A stretch of DNA of 64,000 bases, from NCBI GenBank assembly GCA_000708835.1, contig DF237314.1, forward strand, positions 27,927 through 91,926, given 5' to 3'. The notes below the pieces were generated by a model. The model made no database searches, was not told the origin of the DNA, and saw nothing but the letters and a program-made list of their open reading frames with translations. This stretch comes from Klebsormidium nitens. Its lineage: Eukaryota > Plantae > Klebsormidiophyceae. The position numbers and the translations under genes were made by a program. The number at the start of each line of letters is the position of its first letter. The first letter of the stretch is position 1. Shown here in pieces: positions 1-11,100 of this stretch.

Positions 1-220
1 AGTGGACCAAACTGCCACTGGAAGTGACCCCGACAGACCGGTGCATCCAGATTGTCCTCTGAGGTGGTAAGACAAATTCGATACCAAATCAGAAATGCAC
101 CAGCTGAGCATGAGGAAGCCGTAATATCGAGTGTATGTTGGGCGAATAACACATGCATCAGTCAGGTTTTCAGCACACGTATGTTTACCGGATATGCCCC
201 TTCTTAGAGAGCTGGCTTAC

Positions 221-3200
221 CTTGACAGCGACGCCCATTCTCTTCTTGGCCGAGTTGAAGGGCTCAATAGCGATGACGGAAGCCAGGGCCTTGGTCTCTT
301 CGAAGTTGCCTCCGAGCTGTAAAAACCGGACCCTAGCCTTAGCGCGTGATGACAGAAATTCGTAGACCAGATCAGCAGAGCATTCAAACGGACCGGACAC
401 AGCTCAAGACGAAACGGCTTAGAACGACTTCGTCAGGTGCTAGCATCGGTCCGCCCAAAATGGAGAGGCAACAACAAATAGATATTAGCATTCCAATTGC
501 CACTCATTGGCATGAATACAGCAACAAAGACCGGTGCCCGACTTTCAGCGAAAATCGACCATGATGAAATTTTGGAGTCACCATCTGCAACAATCCACTC
601 GGGCTTACCTTCACTCCGAAAGTTAGCACTGCAGCCTCGGTGGGGCTCCCAGAAACCTCGGGAGCGCCACCGTCCTTGGGCACGAACACGCTCCCGTTGG
701 TGTTGTTAAAGACACTCTCTTTGAGCAAGCCGAGAGCGTCATCTTGGAGGGCAGTCGCCAGGGTGTCGGGCTCCTTAAGGGAGCCGCAAATCCAGGACGC
801 TACCACCGACATCTGAGAACAAGAACAGAAGGACTTAGTCAGAATAGACGCGCAGCTGGAGATAGGTGTCGATGCTACAAGCAAGGATGCAAGCTTGATC
901 GCCTTCAAGCTGCACAAATATCAATCATTCCATTAACGGAAAGATGCAGTCCTGCTTCATCTCCTCTCACAGATGGTCGGGGGCGCACTGAATCCGACGA
1001 GATCACGCTGGCACTGCCAAGAAGATAGGTGAGGGCACGTTTGGAATGAGCCCAGAAGTGCAAACCTTCAGACGTACAACAGACAGGACAGGTGAGCTGG
1101 GAAAGGCGTTAGGAAGATCCCTGACCTGGTTGAGAGTTAGCGTGCCCGTCTTGTCACTGCAAATAGTCGTGGCAGAGCCCATCGTCTCGCACGCGGCTAG
1201 ATGCCGCACAAGCGCCTTGTCGTTCATCATCTTGCGCATGGAGTATGCCAAACTGACAGACCCAAACGGAGTGTTCAGAATCAATAATAATCTTAGTCCG
1301 GAAATGAGCCCTCTACAGAAGAGGGCATGGAACGAGGCATGGGCGACGTTTTGACGACCAGATCATCGAAGGCATGGGCGTATCACGAGACACGAAAACA
1401 ATGATAACCCGTGCATCTGACTACGGAAGCCGGCAACAATTGGTAAAAGCACCAAAAAAATCTGATCATTGCAGCATGGGAAGACTCGTTCAAGTGGGAG
1501 GAATGCGCTTCCAAAGACCGGAATCTGCACTTGCAAAGAATCAAAGTGCGACATTTCACTCACGTGAGAGTAACAGCCAAGGGCAGCCCTTCTGGCACGG
1601 CCACCACCACGATGGTAACAGCAATGGAGAAGTATTCGACAATCCGATTGCCCTCCTCGCCTCCAAAATGGCCATAGTCGACGGTGGCAAAGAACCTGCA
1701 AAGCAGCAACTCCCCAGAATGAGGGCGCTGCCAGAAACCTCTGGCCTGTTCTGGATGCCTCAGCAAGTCAGGCGGTCCAAAGCCTGCGGCAGGCCTTCGA
1801 ACGGGACTCTTGCTCCTTGACCCAAACGCAACGGAGGTTTAGAAGTCTCAGCCCACAGCCATATCCATATCTTTGGGTGCAAAGAACGAGCACCTCTCAG
1901 GTCGACCACCAATCTGGCCGATAGGGGCCTCAATCGAAGTTGTGGCCCTTCTTGAACAAGCCACTTGGATTCCGGCACAACTTAGGAAGCACCATGTGCG
2001 CACCTGATCATCAACACGATGAAGGTGAACACGGCGACCAGCAGACCCATCTTTCCGATGGCGGTGGCAGCTCCGTTCAACCGCACTTGCAGCGGCGTCT
2101 CCTCATCGACATCCTCGCTCAGGGTCGCCATCACCTTGCCCCACTCGGTGTGCATACCCACTCCCGTGAGCTGCGAAAAGATTCTCCGGATCAGCCACAA
2201 GCAGAAACGGCTTCAACCTCTAGAAGGAAATTCGCATAAAGTGATGTTACCGAGGCGCAGAATTCCAGCTTGCAAGAAAAGTTCGCCAACCAAATCTCTG
2301 TGGATATCTTGGATGCCATACGCTGTGGCAGGTCGTCAACAAAAGATGACATTGAGGGCGGCCAAAACAAGGTGACGTAAGCTTCCGATCTCACAGGTTG
2401 GTGACTCAGGAAGACCAATTACCACATAGTCGGCTACCTCGTATTCTTGCGATTGTGGGGAAGGAAGGATGGGAGGCCTCAGGAGCTCACCACCATGGTG
2501 CCCATCCCATCAGAAACCTTGGTTCCCGCCATCATGAACGGCTTCTGCTCGTTCTTGTGCATCTGTGGGGCAGGGGACAAGCGCGCTATGTAAGGTGCGC
2601 ATGTAAGAGAAGGTGAGCAGAAGAAGACACTTTCAATCAAACTCTGCGAAACCATTTGTTTGCAGCGAAAAGTGGGGCAAAGGCAAAGTGCTGCTAGTGC
2701 TATCAACCAAGGATATCAAGTTGCTCGCACTCACTGGCTGGCTTTCCCCCGTCATGCTGGACTCATCAATGGTCAGCTGGTGACCCTGGACGAAGATACC
2801 ATCTCCTGGAACCTGGTCCCCGATGTTGAGGAAAATGATGTCCCCCACGACCAAGTCAAAGATGAGCACCTTCTCCCGCTTGCCGCCACGAACGACCTGC
2901 GAATCAAGCCTAATTATCGGTTCTTTGTCCTATGACCAGAAGCAGCCAGCACAATCCCTCTTGGCATGTCTAAAATCACAACGATTTCAGCTTACCACAA
3001 GTCGGACTCGCAGACTTGGTCGATGTCAGGCTCTAAAGAAGTTTGAGATCCTCAGAAGATTCAGATCCTCATTATCTCGAACCACCAAGCACCAACAGAG
3101 TCCCCTGCTTTTGTGATGATCAGTCCAATTTGTGGAAAGCTGGCAGTGTGTGCCTTCTTCACCATGCGTAAGAAACAAAATCGCATCAGCTTCCAGCAAT

Positions 3201-5980
3201 GGTGCAACATACGTCTTTCAAAGCTGTGGTTGACTACCTGACAGTAGCAGTGGCAAAGGGAACTGCAAGCCATACTTACATTTATGTAGATCTTGCCCTT
3301 CTCTTTATTCAAGTTCGCAAACTGCAGGGACTGCCTCCAATCACTGATAGCTGCAAACATTGTGAAACATGGGAACATCAGGGCATGCTCGAGAAAAACT
3401 TAGCCTTTCTCTTCAGAAAACTCGACTCGAGACCGTGCCAAACCAAACAACGATCTTAGCCAGAGTAAAACCTGGCTGACACGAGATATCCTGAAAATCA
3501 GGAGGGGACTCAACCAAGCAACGCCTCTCTCTCAAGAAGGAAGGTGCGCTGCATGTCAACATCTCCCGGATCACATGAACACATTAGTGGTTGTTATGAC
3601 CACAGATGACACCACTGGCCACTACAGCCACCTGAAATTTGTAAGATAGCCAAGAACAAAAAAAACAGTCATTGCTCCACAGACTGACCTGTGACAAAAA
3701 CACAAAGGGTGACGGCAAAACCAATGCCTGCACCGTCGTACCACCCAGTTTTCGTTCCCTGGCAAAACAAACAAGGATGTCAGCTGAAGCCCGATTGGGT
3801 CACCACCTTAAACTGACCCTTACGTAGCGACCACTTCCCTTTCTGCACTTCATGTTTCACAACGGTGCTCTTGGCAGACTACTTCTCATCCATGTATGCT
3901 TACATGCACAAATGGTCTCAGCCAAGTGATTGACAAAGATAGTCGCTTTCTTTTGATGCTTCTCTGATCAATCTCATCTCACCTGTGTATTCATCTCCAC
4001 CGCCAAGGAAACAACAGCACAGATTGCTAGGATGATCAAAGTCGTGTCCTGGCAAGCCTCCCAAACAAAACGCTGCGGACAAAAGATGCAGGGAGGGTTT
4101 GGTTGACAGCTTCGTGGGAAGCTGAACAAGCACTGTGGCAAAGTATGGAGGAAAATGGTAGATGGCTAACACTATGCTGAGGTATGCAGACCAAGATATA
4201 TTGGCAATCTTTGCAGCATCGACGACCAAACGGGAAAGTAAGCTATAATCCGATCAATCTGCTGTTGACATGGTCAGCTCAAAGAGGCCGGCATCAATCA
4301 TAGATGAAGTAGCTCCCAACACGCAGCTCAACGAAACACATACCCAAAAAGGCTTTCGCGGCTTCTCTGGATGAGTGTTGGTTCCAAACTTCTCTTGGCG
4401 GGCCGCGACATCCTCTGGAGTTCCAGAAATGCCGTCTTCAGGATCAGTCTTCAAGGTCTGGCAAATTCCTTGAACCTGGAGCAATCAAAATATCCAATGA
4501 GCTGAATAAAAGGGTGGAAAGAAATTGCTTCTTTTGCCACTTGAACTTTTCACCGAAAAGGCGATGGTGGCATTCTGCTGTGCCCACATTCCCATGAAAG
4601 AGTTCTTCTCAGCTGCCAGATGCTCCTGAGCTGCACAACCTGAGCTCCATAAAACTTTCGAAGGGAATAGACTGCCAAGCTCAATCATGGCGTTAGCTGT
4701 TGCCGACATGTCATCGACCATCGGTCATCGGTCTTCAGTTTTCAAATCCCGATGTCCCTTCTCAAGAGCAAACAAGCGTCTAAAGTTACTCATTGGGCGC
4801 CTGACTATTGCACGGGAACAACCAGCATACCACCAATCTTTACATCAGATCAACAGATTTGTTGACATGTCAGCTCTCGCCACACCAATCTTGCCTGTGA
4901 GGGGTACTCCGATTGTTTGTTGAAGCTCAACATCTCACATGGAGGTGTCTAAAGGACAAACCACAAATTGAGTTCAAGCGCCTGTAGCTCTCCACCGCAA
5001 GCAAGGCATGGCTTACAAGCAACACAAGCTGCAAAATTAATCATTTGAAAACAGTGAGTACTATTCAAAGGAAGCTTGAAACTCACCCCTCCCAGTTGAG
5101 GAAGAACTGACGCGTCTCCTGCTGCAACAAGGTCCGAGAGCTCCTCCGCAGTATAATCTGCCGGCACCGCAACTGGAAAACAACAACTCGCCATCAATGA
5201 AGACGACAGCAATCCAGTTGCTTGCAGCATATCAAAGTAAGGAAGCCGAATCACAAAAGCGAACACGTCTGATTCGATCACATTATGCAACACATAAGGG
5301 CTGAACGAAGCAGCTCAACCATCAGGATGCGAGCGTCAAGTAACTTGCCTTCCTGTGTCTTCTTCAAAGTGGAGTTCTTGAAGCGGGCCGCAGCCTGCAT
5401 TCACAAAAGCGCAAGTAGCGTCAGAGACACCAGCCTCTCTTCTCCATGTTACCTTACATAAATTTGATGCTGGGACACCAACTAGGAAATCCTTGATATG
5501 CATGCAGCTCAAAGAATAATGATGGAATTCAGCACTTTCACAAATTGAGTTCCTCCTTGCTGGGTTGAAAACAGGGAACGCTGGCATGATGATATTGTTG
5601 GCACTCACCATGGCAACATGTCCTGCTGTTTTGAAACGGCCCAGGCGCTGCAGTCTCCTCTCCTCAACCCGATTCAAGTTTGCGGTGTACCGGAAGCGCC
5701 TTGATGCATTCAACGCCAGCGTGGCACTCTGCATACGTGGGATTCTGATTAGAAACCATAGACGTTGAATTCCAAAAGCAAACGATCGCACATCCGCACC
5801 ACTTTCGCGTCCTGAGAGCATTCAACCAGGACTCATGCAGAAGGGATGGCAACATACCCGCCATTTTCGTAGTGCGTCGACAGGGGGTTTCGGGGGGATG
5901 ATGAAAGGGTCCTCATCATCCATAACCTGGCCCGCCTCTGAAAGCTGTGGCGAAGCAAGTGGCTTTACTGCTCCCGCCAT
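221..5980 (-). CDS. ACA: Autoinhibited P2B-type Ca2+-transporting ATPase (plant ACA8/9/10-like), 5' portion; gene continues beyond position 1
   Basis: Hand-spliced exons (- strand): 5858-5980, 5609-5728, 5349-5394, 5087-5172, 4344-4475, 3983-4072, 3689-3758, 3280-3350, 2735-2896, 2491-2562, 2004-2170, 1564-1695, 1126-1252, 609-812, 221-316; phases consistent. Motifs: N-terminal CaM-binding autoinhibitory segment [43 protein letters not shown] (A domain), [30 protein letters not shown] (phosphorylated Asp), [18 protein letters not shown]. One intron uses a GC donor (5348). Confidence 0.95.
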
Positions 5981-6609
5981 CTCTGATCTTCAAAAAGGCC
6001 TGCCCAGCACAAGGTGAAAACAAACTGTCACAGCCGCGTCTCCTCGGCTACAAAACCTAAAACTTTGTGACAATTTTCCCAACTCTTCCTGTAAGCCCTC
6101 CCTGTCAGGTGCCGTCCTCCAGAAACGGCGCCTTCTTCTGCAAGCGCCGACAGAGGTCTGCCCCAATCGCTATCAACACTTCCAACTTGGCATCAGGAAA
6201 GGAGGCTGCAGTGTACTGTGTGAGTCGTGACCCCTAAAACTTAGTAGAGGGCGCAGTCCGCATGACTGAGCAGTACCTAGATCAAGACTCGAGCGCTGTA
6301 CTGAGAGGGGTTGCGCAGAAATTTCCTGCCAGGTGTTGTTTCCTGCCTCGTACTAAGGCCGCCCACTGGTAAATCCATGTTTAAACGGTAGGTTGGTTTG
6401 TGTCAAACTTCACACCTAACCGTTTGCACTTGAGCCCCCAATCGTACGCCCTTCGCTTCTGTATATCACATCGGACGGCCTCGGGGTCTTCATAGTCCCC
6501 GATGTCGGCGGTTAGGCTGTGTCTTGTTTGCTTAACTTGCATCAGTTAGTGCACTAAACAATTAATCAATTGCAACTCGCTTTGCCAGGTGGACTCGATG
6601 ACACCATCA

Positions 6610-7420
6610 AGCACCTGGTACATACCGACTGTACTCTGACACCCAGGTACCTACCGCGTAGCGGACAGTGAAATTTGCAAAAATTGATATGCCCTCTGAC
6701 AACCACCGGGCACAAACGATGAGAAAATAATTGTACCCAATCTTGCAGAACGAGTTCCCGGGCGCACCCGTGAGGGTCTAGTCAGATCTAGTGCCTACAC
6801 TGCCTAGTGTTATAGGTACCCAAGTTTTAGAACGCACGAGGACAGAAATCTTACTGGGTATGCAATTCATACGACTCCATTTACTTGTACCGGCTGAGGT
6901 GCACCCACTTTCCACGAAGTTGAACGAAACGTGTGTTGACATCTGTTCATGTCCTCATTCGCGTGAGTCGTGGAAAAAGATTCGCCAGAGTCGGATACCG
7001 GTATGTCCCGAGTTCCGACTCCCAAGTCCCGGGTGCGTTGATGCAGTGTACCTGCTGTGTCACCTTGAGGCTTGAGTGTGCACCCTGGCGGGTATAGGCT
7101 GTAGCTACCCACTTAACCGGGTGTTTCCACTAACCTCCTTGAAAATACTTTGGGAGCGGTGTGAAATGGCGCCATGAAGCACAATGAGCAGCTTGTACCT
7201 ACACAGGTACGGTACCAACCTCGGTACCGTACTACAGATTGTGTACAACGATGAGTACTGGGCTCGAGCCGGGCCGCCGGGCCGGCCAGTTGCGCTTGGC
7301 AATGCGATGTCGACACCGGAAGGTGTACATGGTGCAGCCAGTTCCGCCATGATGTCGCACGGGCGATGGCTGTTTGTAGTACCGGTACTACCTACTGGTA
7401 CCTACTACGTACCTACTAGC
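6610..7420. other. Intergenic GTAC-rich, palindrome/hairpin-rich segment (possible degenerate repeat element)
   Basis: About 19 GTAC tetramers in ~800 bp. Perfect inverted repeat gtacggtacc-6nt-ggtaccgtac (7207-7232), perfect 16-bp palindrome gtagtaccggtactac (7376-7391), 8-bp inverted repeat gagtcgga/tccgactc (6988-7021). No TIR/TSD pair or transposase identified. Confidence 0.4.
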
Positions 7421-8167
7421 CACACAGAAATGGACATACATACATGAACCATGCGAGAACCTATCCAGCATTCCAGCATGCTGATTACTGATTACTGAGT
7501 CCTCGTCTTTCCGTTCTCCGGGCCGGCGTTTGGAGTACGGTATGGAGACTTCTCTTAAAGCTGTAAAGCCCGTGCGTATCAAAGGCATGGGGCGCGTGAC
7601 ACATGGTAGTATCACATGGTGTGGGGTCAGCAATCCGGACATCGTCCAAATTCCGCTAAACTTAGAACGTATCGATTCTTGGAGCTTTTCAGCTTTGAAC
7701 CTTGACAGCTTGAGCATCTTGCACTTTGCATGAAGAAAATATCATCTGGCCCCCACTTATCATTGCATCTTTCTCAGCGAACTTCTCCTGCAAGCTCTTG
7801 CCTGATGGATGCGAGCTAGGATCACACGCTAAGAGGTCTCCTGATTTCACTCCTCAATTGTGACAAACCCCAGCAAGAAACGACGTAATTGCATACGATT
7901 TACCAGCATTGTGATTTTCAATTATATGACCTCCATACCGAACCTTAACTTACTCGGTAGACTTATCTACACACAAACTTATAAGAAAAGAATCTTTCGG
8001 TTTACCTTTCAATGATGACGATCCTATTGGATTGTACACTAGCACTACTGCAAGCACCTTGCATTCACTCCACATCACTTTCCGGGGCAGATGTGGTTAG
8101 ATTAAAGTTGCATGAGCTTTTCAACACAGAAGCGGAGGGGCGGATTATGCAAGCTCACAACAAGGCA

Positions 8168-11100
8168 TTATTCTTTTGAACTATGGGTTCGCATACCGTC
8201 TGCTTCACCGCTCCTCATGAGCGCAGCGTATAAGCCTGGACCATGCACTGTGACTAGGCGGTCGAGTTTTTGTTTCCTCTTCTTCGGGGACAGCTTTTCT
8301 CCTCCAGCCTTGAGGACTTTCGCAAGGGGCGACGAAGTCTTTGCCCGACTCAGCATGATCGGTGACGAGGACTGTTCGTCCTCCACTTCGTCTCCATCTG
8401 CTATCCTCTCTAACGATCCCAGCGTATCTAAATGGTGCCACGACCGCCCCTTGCTCCCCAAACGACTCATGTGCGCACGACCATCTCCGCTCTCATCAAA
8501 AGAGATCCTCGGCCCCGCGACCGACAACTCGTCAATCCTATCCAGGGTTTGCGCGGCACGCCGGCCGGACCCTTTCCGGCCCCGCGACCTTCTCTGCTGG
8601 GCGGCCAGCTGCCGACACTCCAGGATCTCGAGAAAGTCCGCGGCATCAAACGAAAGAAACGCGTCGCTCTCGTCGGTTCCAAGCATGCGCACGCGCAGGG
8701 CGACCAGCTGGCTCGCCTGCTCTTTCAACCCGACGTCGGCGACCAGCGCCTCCAGTTCCAGCTCGGTAAGGTCGCCGCTGCTTCCCTGCACGAGGCCAGA
8801 CGATGGCAGTCAGCCAGTGGCTATAGTGTCAATCAAAAACCAGTTTTGGTGGGTCTTCAGACCAACCCGGAGGCAGGGCTCGTGGTGAGCGCGGCTCTTC
8901 AATCCAATGCGATCGTCAGTCGGTGTCCAGATGCTGATTGACTGACGGACTGAGGTGGCCCTACCGACAACGTACGCGAAAGCGAAAATGCGAGAAACGA
9001 AGGGTCCAATAGCAGGACACTGTTAGTTCGCAGCGTTCTTCCCCCCCAACCGCAGCTCGGTGGTCGAAAAACCGGAGCACAGGTACGGCAAGTGGTTCGC
9101 TGTCAAGACAAACTTCCGCGCAGTGTGTACAAAAGCGTCCACGCTGGGTCCGCGTCCCTTGCTATTCACTCGCCCCAAAGAGCTCAGGACCATTCGTTTT
9201 GTCTATCTTTAGGAGCCGGAACGTACCTCCTAAGCACATGCTCACCGGAAGTGGGATCGGGTGATCGGATTACAATCCTCAGCCTGTTCGATTTCGATTA
9301 ATGGGCACCCTTACGGGCGATGTTCGAAGCAGGTAACCAGCATGCGCAAGTCAGTAGGAAAGCTGAAAAAGCCGCCCACCTTCAGTTGCCGGATCTTGTT
9401 TGCGAGCAGAGTCATCTGGTCGGAATCGACGGTCACAGAGAGCAGCACAACGGCCGCCTTTTGAAACTGCAAGCGCGGACGGAAAAGGGGTGAGGAAGAG
9501 TCCGGGATGCGGGCAGATTGTTGTTCCAATCGTCGAGCTTGTATTTTACTTCCCTCGACCGCGACACTGGAAACTGAGGAGTGACGGGGGGCCCCTTACG
9601 GTTTTGGGTGCTGATTTCAAGACGAGGAACTATTGACGAGATTCCGCAACGGGAAAGAACGACCCCCTGGACAACATGTGTTGGCGCATTCAAAGTCAAC
9701 GCTGACATACGTCTGTTGGGCGTATAATTAACGAGCCAGCGAGCACATAGCACTTCCTGTAGCTAAGTCGGAGCTCAAAGCAAGGTTATGTGGCGCCTAT
9801 AAAAGCGCAAGATTGCGCAGTACCTGTAATGGTTGGTAGGCAAACCGCAGAACTGTCAACATTTCCGGCCGCTGGTTCAAATCACCCCAAATCGTGTCCG
9901 CAATGACGAATATGCAGGCAGGGCCGACTTATGTAGTTTTGCCTGATTGTTGTGACCGGGCAATGCAAATAGTCGTTTCAAAGCTGGCCGCTTTGACCAG
10001 AATTGATCCTGCTATCCAAAGCAATTGAGCCGTCCCCCCCACGCCAGAAAACATCTGGAAGGCCTAGATTCCGATCGCCAAAAAGAGGGATCTGGACCAG
10101 CGGCGAAATCTGAGAAGGGTGACTGGCGTCCGAAGAATTTTCTAACGACGTACCGTTACACGCGTGGTCCAATATGGAACACAAAACCTACGTCGACGTT
10201 TGCACAACTTGTGAATGTGGCCGCTTAACCCGACTCCAAGGTTCGAGCCCGGCAGCCCATACAGAGCCGCCCACCCAAAGACACAAAAAAATCCATATGT
10301 AGATTCACTGGCAGAACTCCGTCCTTATGCACCAGGCGGATCTTTCGATACGACCAGAAATCTGAGGAGGCACGGTTAGCACCAAATTTGAAGAGCCGGC
10401 AGCCATGTTCAGTCGCCCACAAACGAGACGGCAGAAGTCAACATATGATTTCCGCTTCTTCACAAGCGGAATTCCGTTCTTTACGCACCTGGCGGATCTT
10501 TTGGTACGCCCGGATGTTGCGGATGGACCCCTCCAGGTTGCGCGCGTTCTGCTGCCCCTCGCCCCGGATCCAGCGGTGCTGCAGCGCCGCCGACGCGGTG
10601 ACCCGCTTCTCCGGGTCCGGCTCCACCAGCTGCGTCAGCAGGTCGCGCAGCTCGGGCGAGATGTGCTCTGGGAGGCCCGTCACCTTGCCGGCCTGGGTTA
10701 AGAGCAGGGTTATGATTTAGTGTCTACACTGAATGGAAGAGTCACGGTGCAAGGCCGGGGTTGAAAATGGGGTGTGGACACTCGGAGTTGAAAGCTCGGA
10801 GCGAAGCACGGGGAGAACTGGAGCATGGGTGAATGTTGAGGTGGAAGGGCAGGCTCGTCACCTTGCCGGCCTAGGTTAACGAGAGGGTTACGAGGTAGTG
10901 CTGAGATCCGAGTGGGAAAGGCAGAGTGCAAGGTCAGAATAAGAAGGTGTAAGAGCAGGTAAGAGTCGAAGTGGGAACCTTAGGGGAGGGACGCGGAAGC
11001 ATGAAGCCGGTGCGCGATATGACACACAACAACGGCAGGTCCGAACTTGTTCCGGCCTGGGAAAACACCTGGGATCTCAGAATAGGGAGGAGTGGGGGGG

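Noticed and set aside
1-130. Possible next ACA exon at the left edge (acceptor-like ctcag near 60)
   Set aside because: No frame gives the expected continuation (HWKGA-type motif), so the next exon probably lies outside the window.
7376-7420. Helitron-like 3' end (hairpin followed by CTAG)
   Set aside because: The hairpin is ~25 nt from CTAG, CTAG is not followed by T, and no 5' TC end or RepHel fragment is seen.
8112-8941. Long + strand ORFs (258, 169 and 135 aa) and many other antisense ORFs over kinase and dynein exons
   Set aside because: They are shadows of GC-rich coding exons on the opposite strand, with no recognisable domains or splice support.
10235-10260. GGTTCGAGCCC resembling a tRNA T-loop
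   Set aside because: Flanks do not form a T-stem and no D or anticodon arms are present.
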